DNA of 64,000 nt from Torpedo marmorata (taxonomy: Eukaryota), in contig OZ360226.1 in assembly GCA_977017645.1 (NCBI GenBank), forward strand, positions 123,566,001 to 123,630,000, read 5' to 3'. Numbering within the stretch: the first letter of the stretch is position 1; every line of letters begins with the position of its first letter. The notes under the pieces are model-generated. The model was not told where the DNA came from and did not search any database. It saw nothing but the letters and a program-made list of their open reading frames with translations. Position numbers and translations under genes: made by a program. This document shows, piece after piece, positions 37,499-46,922 of the stretch.

Positions 37499-37510
37499 TT
37501 TTATTAGCAG
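37499..37510 (+). other. Non-tRNA PBS-position motif complementary to the LTR
   Basis: ttttattagcag, 1 nt after the LTR end, is the exact reverse complement of ctgctaataaaa at 37433-37444. Confidence 0.8.
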
Positions 37511-37528
37511 TTTCAACGAAAACGATCA

Positions 37529-40500
37529 ATGGAAAATTTGTTGAAGCCAGACAAGCTGGACATCGACCCCCTGGCCCAAGACGCTGCCAGCGATTTCGAA
37601 CTTTGGCAACGCTGCTTCTTAGCCTACATGAGATCGTCTGGAGCAACTACGGACGAGCAGAAACTCGATATCCTCATGTCCAGGGAAAGCAAGCGAGTGT
37701 ATGGCGCCGTCAGAGACTGTAAGACTTTCGATGATGCCTTGGTCGCCCTCCAAACGCTGTACCTGACGCCCGCGAACGAGATTTTTGCAAGGCACCGGAT
37801 ATCGCAGCGGTACCAGCGCCCCGGAGAATCGGTCTCCGAGTACATCCAAGACGTGATGTTAATGGTGCGAGCGTGTGCATGTCGAGCCCTGACGGCTGAG
37901 CAACACTCCGAGATGCTGGCAAGGGACACTATTATAAAAGGGATCAGGTCAGGCTACATTCGCCAGCGATTGCTGGAACACGCTGACCTGACCCTGAAAT
38001 CGACTGTCCAGAACATCCTGAATCTGGACTCAGCCCTGAAGAACGCTGACGCTATGCAGGCTCAGCCTGTGTCTTGGATCGCCCCAGCCGTCAGCCCTAC
38101 AAGCAACGCGACCGCCGCTGCCGTCTACCGGGACCCGCTTGCCGCCGCCGACGCTATCCGTGAGTTGGCCGCTGCCCGAGAGCCCGCCGCTACCTGTGAG
38201 TTAACCGCTGCCGCTATCTCCCGGGAGCCCGAGAAGTGCTACTTCTGCGGGCTCGACAAGCACCCGCGCAAGCGCTGCCCGGCCCGAGACGCGACTTGTT
38301 CTAGCTGTGGCAAGAAAGGCCACTACGCTAAGGTCTGCCGCTCCAAGTCGCGCACGGGTCCGAGCAGCGCCGCGTGCGAGGTACGGGAGCGGCCATCTTC
38401 CTCGACTCCACTTCCGGCGGAGACCTCGTGCGAGGTCTGGAGGCGGCCATCACGGCGCACCGCACATCCGGTTTCCAGCGGCGCCACGTGCGACGGGAGG
38501 GGGCGGCCATCTTGCATGACGTCACTTCCTGCGGGGACCTCGTGCGAGGACTGGAGGCGGCCATTTCCGATCGCTACATTTCCGGCGCGGCCATTTTGTA
38601 ATCTCACCGCAGCACTTCCAGCACTTCCAGCTCCATCCTTCCATAGCGACACATATGAGCTACGGGAACTACCAACGGATCAAGACGTCTCGTCGGATCA
38701 AGACTCCGTCTCGACCCTCTCGTCGGATCAAGACTCCGTTTCGACCCTGGCATCTGTGACGCTGGACCAGAGCGCGCCCCATCAACTGTCCAGGTCGATG
38801 ATGGACATCTTCGTTGAGGGGCATAAGACCACCTGCCTGTTCGACACAGGCAGTACTGAAAGCTTTATTCATCCGGACACTGCCCAGCGCTGTGGCCTCA
38901 CCATTGTACCGGTAAGCCAGAGGGTGGCCATGGCGTCTGGAACGCACACAACAGACATCCGGGGGGGTTGTGTGGCGAATATAGTGGTACAGGGCACGGA
39001 ATACCGAGAATTTTCAATGTTAATCATGCCTCGTTTGTGTGCTCCTGTACTGCTAGGGTTGGACTTCCAAAGCCACCTGCGTAGCGTCACCATGCACTAC
39101 GATGGGCCCCACCCCCCAATCGTAGTGACTAACCCCCAATACACTAACACGCCCCAGACTACCTGTGGTCTCTCCACGCTAAAGACCCAACCCCCGCCAC
39201 TCTTCGCCAACCTGACCCCTGACTGTAAGCCCATCGCAACTAAAAGCAGGCGATACAGTACAGGGGACAGGGCATTTATTAAGGCGGAGGTGCAGCGTTT
39301 ACTGGGGGAAGGGATCATTGCACCCAGCAATAGCCCCTGGAGAGCTCAGGTAGTGGTGGTGAAGAACGGGGCTAAGAGCCGGATGGTGGTGGACTATAGT
39401 CAGACCATCAACCGGTTCACACAACTGGACGCCTATCCGCTGCCAAAGATCGCGGATATGGTCAACCAGATTGCCCAATTTAAAGTGTTCTCCACCATCG
39501 ATCTTAAGTCGGCGTACCATCAGCTCCCGATCCGCCGGGAGGACCGAGTATACACCGCTTTCGAGGCGGACGGCAGATTATTCCATTTTCTGCGCGTCCC
39601 CTTCGGGGTAACAAATGGGGTATCCGTGTTCCAAAGGGAGATGGACAGGATCATTGACCAGTTCAAGCTCACTGCCACCTTCCCGTACCTGGACGACATC
39701 ACCATCTGTGGTCATGACCGCCAGGATCACGATAGGAACCTTCGGAAGTTCTTACAGGCGGCCGAGACGCTGAACCTCACATATAATAAGGAGAAATGCG
39801 TGTTCGGGACTACCCGACTCGCTATCCTGGGGTGCGTCGTGGAAAACGGGGTGATTGGACCCGACCCCGACCGCATGCGCCCCCTGTTGGAACTTCCGAT
39901 CCCCGTTACCCCCAAAGCACTCAAACGATGCCTCGGGTTTTTCTCCTATTATGCGCAGTGGGTCCCCAACTACTCGGACAAAGCCCGACCCCTCGTCAAG
40001 TCCACCAAGTTTCCCCTTGCAGCGGAGGCACGTGAGGCTTTCGACCTCATAAAAGGGGACATCGCCCGAGCAGCGATGCACGCGGTGGACGAGTCGGAAC
40101 CTTTCCAGGTGGAGAGTGACGCCTCGGACTTCGCACTGGCTGCTACTCTCAACCAGGCGGGAAGACCGGTAGCGTTTTTCTCCCGCACCCTTCAAGGCCC
40201 CGAAATTCGGCACTCCGCGGTAGAGAAAGAGGCCCAAGCCATTGTCGAGGCTGTTCGGCATTGGAGGCACTATCTCGCCGGGAAACATTTTACCCTGCTG
40301 ACGGACCAGCGCTCCGTCGCTTTCATGTTTAACTGCCAGCAGCGGGGTAAAATTAAAAATGACAAGATCATGAGGTGGAGGATAGAGCTCTCCACCTACA
40401 ATTACGACATCATTTACCGGCCCGGGAAGCTCAACGAGCCCCCTGACGCTCTATCCCGGGGATCATGCGCCAGCGCGCAGATCGACCGATTATACTCCCT

Positions 40501-41632
40501 CCATAACGACCTCTGCCACCCAGGAGTTACCAGGCTGTTCCATTTCATTAAAGCACGGAACCTGCCTTTCTCCCTGGACGAGGTCAAGACCATGACCAGC
40601 AGCTGCCGAGTCTGTGCGGAATGCAAACCGCAGTACTACCGCCCCGACAGAGCACAGCTGGTCAAAGCCACCCGCCCGTTCGAACGTCTCAGTATAGACT
40701 TCAAGGGCCCCCTTCCATCCACAAACCGCAATGTGTACTTTCTTAATATCATCGATGAGTACTCGCGGTTCCACTTTGCCATCCCCTGCCCAGATACCTC
40801 GGCGGCGTCGGCTATCAAGGCTCTCCACCAGGTTTTCACCGTGTTCGGGTTCCCCAGCTACATCCACAGCGACCGGGGGTCCGCGTTCATGAGTGGGGAG
40901 CTGCGACAGCACTTGCAGACCCGAGGCATCGCTACCAGCAGGACCACGGGGTACAACCCACGGGGGAACGGACAGGTGGAGAGGGAGAACGCCACAGTAT
41001 GGACAGCGACACTACTGGCCCTCAAAGCAAAAGGGTGGCCAGTGGCTCGCTGGCAGGAGGTTCTCCCGGACGCCCTCCACTCTATACGATCCCTCTTATG
41101 TACCGCCACTAACACTACCCCTCACGAGCGTATCTTTTCCTTCCCCAGGAAATCGACCACTGGAACTACACTCCCTGCCTGGCTGACGTCCCCGGGGCCC
41201 GTGCTACTCCGCAAACATCTTCGGAGTAGCAAGTACGAGCCCTTAGTCGAGAGGGTGCAGCTGATCCACGCGAACCCGCAATACGCATTCGTTGTTCTCC
41301 CCGACGGGCGGGAGGACACGGTGTCAATACGGGACCTGGCGCCTGCAGGAGCGTCTGAAGAGGTCCCCGACAGCGGAAACACCGGGTCGCAGCTGCCCCC
41401 TCCGGACCATCAGCCTCCCAGCACGACGTTGTCTCCGTCACAGCTGGTCTGGCCACTAGCCAGGCAGGAGGTGAACCACCCTACTGTACCTACTCCCACT
41501 CCACAGCCACTACCACCTCCGCAGGTACCACAATTTCCTACCCGTACCCTCATTCCACAACCATTACCATCACCGCTGACGCTACGCAGGTCACGGCGGC
41601 ACATCCGGCCGCCGGCGAAACTCGACCTGTAA
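37529..41632 (+). CDS. Gypsy Gag-Pol polyprotein, 1367 aa (Gag with two CCHC knuckles, PR, RT, RNase H, IN)
   Basis: CYFCGLDKHPRKRC and CSSCGKKGHYAKVC; PR LFDTGS; RT IDLKSAYHQL/VPFG/YLDD; RH ESDASD/EKEAQA/LTDQ; IN HNDLCH..CRVC, SIDFKG, HSDRGS, QVERENA; Gypsy order RT-RH-IN; no chromodomain or env. Confidence 0.96.
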   Translation: MENLLKPDKLDIDPLAQDAASDFELWQRCFLAYMRSSGATTDEQKLDILMSRESKRVYGAVRDCKTFDDALVALQTLYLTPANEIFARHRISQRYQRPGESVSEYIQDVMLMVRACACRALTAEQHSEMLARDTIIKGIRSGYIRQRLLEHADLTLKSTVQNILNLDSALKNADAMQAQPVSWIAPAVSPTSNATAAAVYRDPLAAADAIRELAAAREPAATCELTAAAISREPEKCYFCGLDKHPRKRCPARDATCSSCGKKGHYAKVCRSKSRTGPSSAACEVRERPSSSTPLPAETSCEVWRRPSRRTAHPVSSGATCDGRGRPSCMTSLPAGTSCEDWRRPFPIATFPARPFCNLTAALPALPAPSFHSDTYELRELPTDQDVSSDQDSVSTLSSDQDSVSTLASVTLDQSAPHQLSRSMMDIFVEGHKTTCLFDTGSTESFIHPDTAQRCGLTIVPVSQRVAMASGTHTTDIRGGCVANIVVQGTEYREFSMLIMPRLCAPVLLGLDFQSHLRSVTMHYDGPHPPIVVTNPQYTNTPQTTCGLSTLKTQPPPLFANLTPDCKPIATKSRRYSTGDRAFIKAEVQRLLGEGIIAPSNSPWRAQVVVVKNGAKSRMVVDYSQTINRFTQLDAYPLPKIADMVNQIAQFKVFSTIDLKSAYHQLPIRREDRVYTAFEADGRLFHFLRVPFGVTNGVSVFQREMDRIIDQFKLTATFPYLDDITICGHDRQDHDRNLRKFLQAAETLNLTYNKEKCVFGTTRLAILGCVVENGVIGPDPDRMRPLLELPIPVTPKALKRCLGFFSYYAQWVPNYSDKARPLVKSTKFPLAAEAREAFDLIKGDIARAAMHAVDESEPFQVESDASDFALAATLNQAGRPVAFFSRTLQGPEIRHSAVEKEAQAIVEAVRHWRHYLAGKHFTLLTDQRSVAFMFNCQQRGKIKNDKIMRWRIELSTYNYDIIYRPGKLNEPPDALSRGSCASAQIDRLYSLHNDLCHPGVTRLFHFIKARNLPFSLDEVKTMTSSCRVCAECKPQYYRPDRAQLVKATRPFERLSIDFKGPLPSTNRNVYFLNIIDEYSRFHFAIPCPDTSAASAIKALHQVFTVFGFPSYIHSDRGSAFMSGELRQHLQTRGIATSRTTGYNPRGNGQVERENATVWTATLLALKAKGWPVARWQEVLPDALHSIRSLLCTATNTTPHERIFSFPRKSTTGTTLPAWLTSPGPVLLRKHLRSSKYEPLVERVQLIHANPQYAFVVLPDGREDTVSIRDLAPAGASEEVPDSGNTGSQLPPPDHQPPSTTLSPSQLVWPLARQEVNHPTVPTPTPQPLPPPQVPQFPTRTLIPQPLPSPLTLRRSRRHIRPPAKLDL
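38385..38600. promoter_or_regulatory. Repeated YY1/ETS/CRE/E-box motif cassette inside the gag-PR linker
   Basis: GCGGCCAT at 38389, 38443, 38503, 38557, 38587; CACTTCCGG at 38409; CACGTG at 38485; TGACGTCACTTCCTG at 38517-38531. Confidence 0.5.
38691..38750 (+). repeat. 30-bp in-frame tandem duplication before the protease
   Basis: cgtcggatcaagactccgt(c/t)tcgaccct x2, encoding SDQDSVSTL twice. Confidence 0.85.
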
Positions 41633-41732
41633 ACGAAGATAATTGTATATATTCTATGTATATGTGTTTTTTTTTCTCCCTACGGTATCCACTTCACCCC
41701 CCCGTCGGACTTGTTCTAAAAGAAGGGGTGAA

Positions 41733-41980
41733 TGTGGTAAACCACTTTATATGTATTGTGGCCTGAGGCAGGTATGACCATGACCTGTCTGTCTGTCCCG
41801 GTGACCCCTCCCCTTTTACCTGGAATAAAGGCCTTGAGCCCGCAACTCCTCCCCCAGTTCCGGGACAATCCAGCAGGGATCATCAGGTCAGGTCATAGTC
41901 AGCCCTGGCTTGATTCTGCTAATAAAAGCCTGTTAATTCCTGCACTTCTAGACTCGTGTTGGTTATTGATAGGTACGTCA
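41733..41980 (+). repeat. 3' LTR of Gypsy element 1
   Basis: Direct repeat of 37250-37497, preceded by the PPT and followed by TSD cttct. Confidence 0.97.
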
Positions 41981-42449
41981 CTTCTTGAGTACAGTTTTTT
42001 GCACTCCAATAAGTGGTAATTCTGCTTCGTCCGCAGGAAAAAGAATCTGAGGGTTATGTGATGTCATGTATGTACTCCGACAATAAATCTGAACTTTGAA
42101 CCTCGGGGTTCCAGTTCACTGTTCCCTGAAAATGGCTACACAGGTAAGTAGGGTGATGAAGAAGGCACATGGGATGCTTGCATATGTCAGGGCACAGAAT
42201 GTAAGAGTTGGGATGTTACGTTGAAATTTTAAACACTGATTGGCAAAACCTGAAGTATTGTGTGTAATTCTGATTGGCAAACATTAGGAAGGATGTAATT
42301 GTACTGGAGAGCGCAAAGGAGATTCACCAGGATATTGTTTGAATTGGAGGAATTAAGTTATGAAGAGAGATTGAATAAGCCGGACTTGTTTTCACTTGAA
42401 TGATGGAGGCTGAGGAGTGAACTCATAGAAGTACTCAAGATTATGAGAG

Positions 42450-42683
42450 TGTGGTAAACCACTTTGTATAGGTTGTGGCTGGGTGATATGTCTGGACATG
42501 CCCTCTGCTGACTGTCCCGATGGCTCCTCCCACAGACCCCCTGAATAAAGACCATTGTGCCACCACTCCTCCCCCAGTCCGGGACAGATTACCAGCACGG
42601 ATGTAGCTCCATTATTTTGCTAATAAAAGCCTTTCAGTTCAAGAACAACTTCTAGTCTTTTGAATTTATTGATGGGCTCATCA
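42450..42683 (+). repeat. 5' LTR of Gypsy element 2
   Basis: tgtggtaaaccac...gggctcatca. Confidence 0.93.
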
Positions 42684-42706
42684 ATTTTATTAGCAAAATT
42701 GTAAGC

Positions 42707-45700
42707 ATGGAGAATGTCTTGAGACCAGACAAACTGGACCTCGATTCACAAACACCAGTGGCCGGCAACGCTTTTGAACTCTGGCTAGCCTGCTTTGAGT
42801 CGTTCCTGGAGGAGATCAAGGTACAAGAAGACGCTGCAAAATGCAAGGTCCTCCTCTCTAGGGTAAGCCCACGAGTCTACTCCATGATCCGAGATCTGCA
42901 GACTTACGAAGACGCCATGAATGCCCTTAAAAGACAATATATACGGCCTGTTAATACGGTATATGCACGACACGGCAGCAGCGGCCCGGGGAGTCGAGCA
43001 CTGAGTTCGTCTGCGCCCTACAGACACTCGTGCGGGCCTGCGACTGCCAGGGATTGACGGCCGAACAACACGCGGAGCTTCCAGTAAGAGACGCTTTCGT
43101 TACGGGGACCAGGTTGGTGTATGTGTGCCAGCGGCTGCTGGAACAAGCTGACCTCACCTTCCGTTCGGCGATAGAGCTGGCCGATACACTGGAGGCCTCG
43201 TTGCAGAACGATGCTATCCAGGCGCGCGATCTCCCGCCGGCTCCGTGGATACCGCAGACCCCACACCACGCTGGTGAATCGACCACAGCTGCTGTCAGCC
43301 GCGAGTCTGAGAAATGATACTTCTGCGGACTCGAAAAGCACCCCCGGAAACGTTGCCCGGCCCGAGAAGCGACCTGCTCCAGCTGCGGGAAGAAAGGCCA
43401 TTTCGCCAAGGTCTGTAGGTCTAAACCGCGAGCGGATTCAAGCAGCGCCGCGTGCGAGGCATGGGGGTCGCCATTGTTGCCGTTGCCATCTTGCCCGTCC
43501 GCCGCCACCACGTGTGAGACATGGGGTGGCCATCTTGTGTGTCGTCACTTCCGTCGCTGCCATCTTACTTAACCGCGGCCAACACGTGAGAGTCATGGGA
43601 GCGGCCATTTTGTTCGACGCCATCGCGCCGACACAGGGTGCCGCCATCCCAGAACACCAGGCACTCCATCGCGTCGGATCAAAGCAGCGACCCACGGGTG
43701 CCGCCAACCCGGAACACCCGGCACTCCATCGCGTCGGATCAAGACAGCGACTCAACGTTGGCATCCGTTACACTCAACCAGAGTGCACCCCACCAACTTG
43801 CGAGGTCGATGATGGACATCCTGGTCGAGGGACACAGGACAAACTGCCTGTTCGACATGGGCAGCACAGAGAGCTTCATCCACCCAGACACTGCACAGCG
43901 ATGTGGCCTCACGATACAGCTGGTAGGCCAGAGGGTTGCCATGGCTTCTGGGTCGTACACAACAGACATCCGGGGGGGTTGTGTAGCGACGCTAGTGGTG
44001 CAGGACACTGAATATCGGGACTTTACGCTATTGGTCACGCTATTGTGTGCCCCTGTACTACTGGGGCTCGACTTCCAGAGTCACCTCCAAAGTGTGACAA
44101 TGGAGTATGACGGGCCCTTTCCACCAATTACTGTCGGTAACCACCAATTTCTCAAAAACAGCAGACGTATTTCGTCACACCACAATACTTGCGGCCTATC
44201 CACCCTCAAGATCCCGCCCCAACGCTGTTCGCCAATCTGACCCCTGATTGTAAACCCCTGGCAACCAAAAGCAAGAGATACAGTGCAGGGGACAGGGACT
44301 TCATTAAGTCAGAGGTGCAGCGGTTACTTGGGGAAGGGTACATTGAGGCGAGCACGAGTCCCTGGAGGCCCCAGGTGGTTGTCATCAAGAACGGGGAGAA
44401 AAATAGGATGATGGTAAATTATAGTCAGAACATCAATAGGTTCACACAGCTTGACGCGTACCCTCTCCCATGCATTACAGATATGGTGAACCAGATACCT
44501 CAGTACAAGCTATTCTCCACCATAGACCTCAAACCTGCCTACCATCAGCTCCCCATCCGCCGGGAGGACCGCACCAACACCGCTTTCGAGGCGGATGGCA
44601 GGCTCTATCACTTCCTGCGTGTCCCTTTCGGGGTCACAAATGCAGTATCCGTCTTCCAGAGGGAGATGGACAGGATGGTGGACCAGTGCAAATTAAAGGC
44701 CACGTTCCCATACCTAGACAACATTACTATCTGCGGTCACGACCGGCAGGACCATAATAACAATCTGCGAAAGTTCCTCCAAGCGGCCAAAGCACTTAAT
44801 CTCACCTATAACAAGGATAAGTGTGTGTTCAGAACCACCCTACTCGCTATCCTGGGGTGCGTTGTGGAGAACGGGGTCATCGGCCCCGACCCCGACCGCA
44901 TGCGCCCCCTGCTGGAACTACCGCTTCCCCACACCTCAGAGCCCTCAAAAGGTGCTTGGGCTTCTTTTCGTACTATGCACAATGGGTCCCTAATTATGCG
45001 GACAAGGCCCGCCCCCTAGTCAAGTCCACCACTTTTCCCCTCGCAGCGGAGGCACGCGAGGCCTTCAGCCTCATAAAAGGGGACATTGCCAGAGCAGCAA
45101 TGCACGCGGTGGACGAGTCCACTCCCTTCCAAGTGGAGAGCGACACATCCGACTTCGCACTGGCTGCTACCCTCAACCAGGCGGGAAGACCGGTGGCGTT
45201 TTTCTCCCATACCCTTCAAGGCCCAGAAATTCGGCACTCAGCGGTGGAGAAAGAGGCCCAGGCCACAGTGGAAGCTATCAGGCACTGGAGGCACTATCTC
45301 GCCGGCAAAAGGTTTACCCTGCTGACTGACCAGCGCTCAGTCGCATTTATGTTCAGCAACCAGGGTAAAAATCAAAAATGATGAAATCCTGAGGTGGAGA
45401 ATTGAACTCTCCACCTACAACTATGACATAATGTACTGGCCCGGGAAGCTCAACGATGCTCTATCCCGGGGAACATGCGCCAGCGCACAGATCGACCGAT
45501 TATATGCCCTCCACTGCGACCTCTGCCACCCTGGAGTCACCCGGCTTTTCCACTTTGTGAAAGCCCGTAACTTGCCGTACTCCCTGGAAGAGGTCAGGAC
45601 GATGACCAGGAGCTACCAAGTCTGCACAGAGTGCAAACCGCACTTCTACGGACCTGACAAGGCACAATTGATAAAAGCAACCCGCCCATTCGAGCGACTG

Positions 45701-46610
45701 AGCTTCGACTTTAAGAGCCCCTCCCTTCCACTGACCGCAATGTGTACTTTCTCAACGTCATTGACGAGTACTCGTGGTTCCCTTTTGCCATTCCCTGCCC
45801 CGATACCACTACCACTTCGGTCATAAAAGCACTACGCAAACTCTTCACATTGTTTGGATACCCCTGCTATATCCATAGCGACCGAGGGTCCTCGTTTATG
45901 AGTGACGAGCTGCGCCAATACCTGCTGGCCAGGGGTATCGCGACTAGCAGGACCACGAGTTATAACCCCCTGGGGAATGGACAAGTGGAGAGAGAGAACG
46001 CCACGGTCTGGAAGGCTACACTCTTAGCCCTCAGGTCTAAGGGATTACCAGTCTCCCGCTGGCAAGAAGTCCTTCCCGAGGCACTCCACTCCATCCGTTC
46101 CCTGCTATGCACATCCACCAATGCCACCCCCCATGAGAGACTCTTTTCCTTCCCCAGGACGTCGACCACCGGGACTACCCTACCAGCATGGCTGACGTCC
46201 TCAGGGCCAGTGCTGCTCCAGAAACATGTCAGGAGCAATAAATACACCCTGATGGTCGAGAGGGTTCAACTACTACATGCGAACCCCCAGTACGCCTACG
46301 TGGTTTTTCCTGATGGACGGGAAGACACGGTCTCCATCCGGGACTTGGCGCCCGCAGGAGCACTGGAGCCCACCCCCGTACATTCCATGGTTACTGTCAC
46401 CCCCGCACCTACCATTAGAGACACACAGGAGGCACCACCCAATTCAAACCTGACACCAAACGAGACCCCCGTACTGGCATACACACACGAGGTTTTACGG
46501 ATGCCAGACATGCTGGTACCCCAAATCAGGCAGGAGGCAGCACCGCCGCCTGCCCCATCACCACAAGTACCGCGCCGATCATAGCGGTGGACTCGACCGC
46601 CTGATTGACT
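42707..46610 (+). pseudogene. Disrupted Gag-Pol of element 2
   Basis: ORF fragments 42707-43057, 43030-43317, 43638-44240 (PR), 44189-45019 (RT), 44821-45381 (RH), 45431-45826 and 45742-46584 (IN). Confidence 0.9.
43635..43755 (+). repeat. ~60-bp tandem duplication before the protease in element 2
   Basis: gggtgccgcca.ccc.gaacacc.ggcactccatcgcgtcggatcaa x2. Confidence 0.8.
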
Positions 46611-46688
46611 CTACCTGTAATTTGTAATTTCTTTGTAAATATTGTTACACCCTTCACCCCGTGGGACTCTTTTAAAAGGAGGGGTGAA

Positions 46689-46922
46689 TGTGGTAAACCA
46701 CTTTGTATAGGTTGTGGCTGGGTGAGATGTCTGGACATGCCCTCTGCTGACTGTCCCGGTGGCTCCTCCCACAGGCCCCCTGAATAAAGGCCATTGTGCC
46801 ACCACTCCTCCCCCAGTCCGGGACAGATTACCAGCACGGATGTAGCTCCATTATTTTGCTAATAAAAGCCTTTCAGTTAAGTACAACTTCTAATCTTTTG
46901 AAGTTATTGATGGGCTCATTCA
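46689..46922 (+). repeat. 3' LTR of Gypsy element 2
   Basis: Direct repeat of 42450-42683, followed by TSD gagag. Confidence 0.93.

Larger units (their letters stand above)
37250..41980 (+). mobile_element. Full-length intact Ty3/Gypsy LTR retrotransposon (Mag-like architecture), element 1, 4731 bp
   Basis: 248-bp LTRs TG...CA at 37250-37497 and 41733-41980, no differences found by eye; 5-bp TSD CTTCT (37245-37249, 41981-41985); single intact gag-pol ORF; PPT aaaagaaggggtgaa at 41718-41732. Confidence 0.97.
36765..42100 (+). mobile_element. Rex1/Babar 3' fragment split in its UTR by Gypsy element 1
   Basis: 36765-37249 and 41981-42100 are colinear with the copy at 17470-18128 (RFGMTSETLANFYRCVVES...; tail gacaataaatctgaact). 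Confidence 0.85.
42450..46922 (+). mobile_element. Full-length defective Ty3/Gypsy LTR retrotransposon, element 2 (sister subfamily of element 1)
   Basis: 234-bp LTRs at 42450-42683 and 46689-46922 (about 7 substitutions and 2 indels by eye); TSD GAGAG (42445-42449, 46923-46927); gag-pol colinear with element 1 (MENVLRPDKLDLD...) but frameshifted, with YLDN and LFDMGS; PPT aaaaggaggggtgaa. Confidence 0.95.

Noticed and set aside
37273-37722. Duplicated 'MWPEAGMTMTC...' ORFs (also 41756-42019) as a novel small gene
   Set aside because: They are translations of the two LTR copies and diverge exactly at the LTR boundary.
38307-41604. Many overlapping and antisense ORFs inside Gypsy element 1
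   Set aside because: Expected from GC-rich coding DNA; no recognisable domains. The KMAA repeats are treated as DNA motifs, not protein.
37250-46922. Endogenous retrovirus or chromovirus
   Set aside because: No env ORF or room for one (100 bp from stop to LTR); the IN tail is Pro-rich ending LRRSRRHIRPP, with no chromodomain.
37250-46922. Tandem duplication or assembly artefact of a single element
   Set aside because: Different LTR sequences and lengths, different TSDs and different host LINE fragments.
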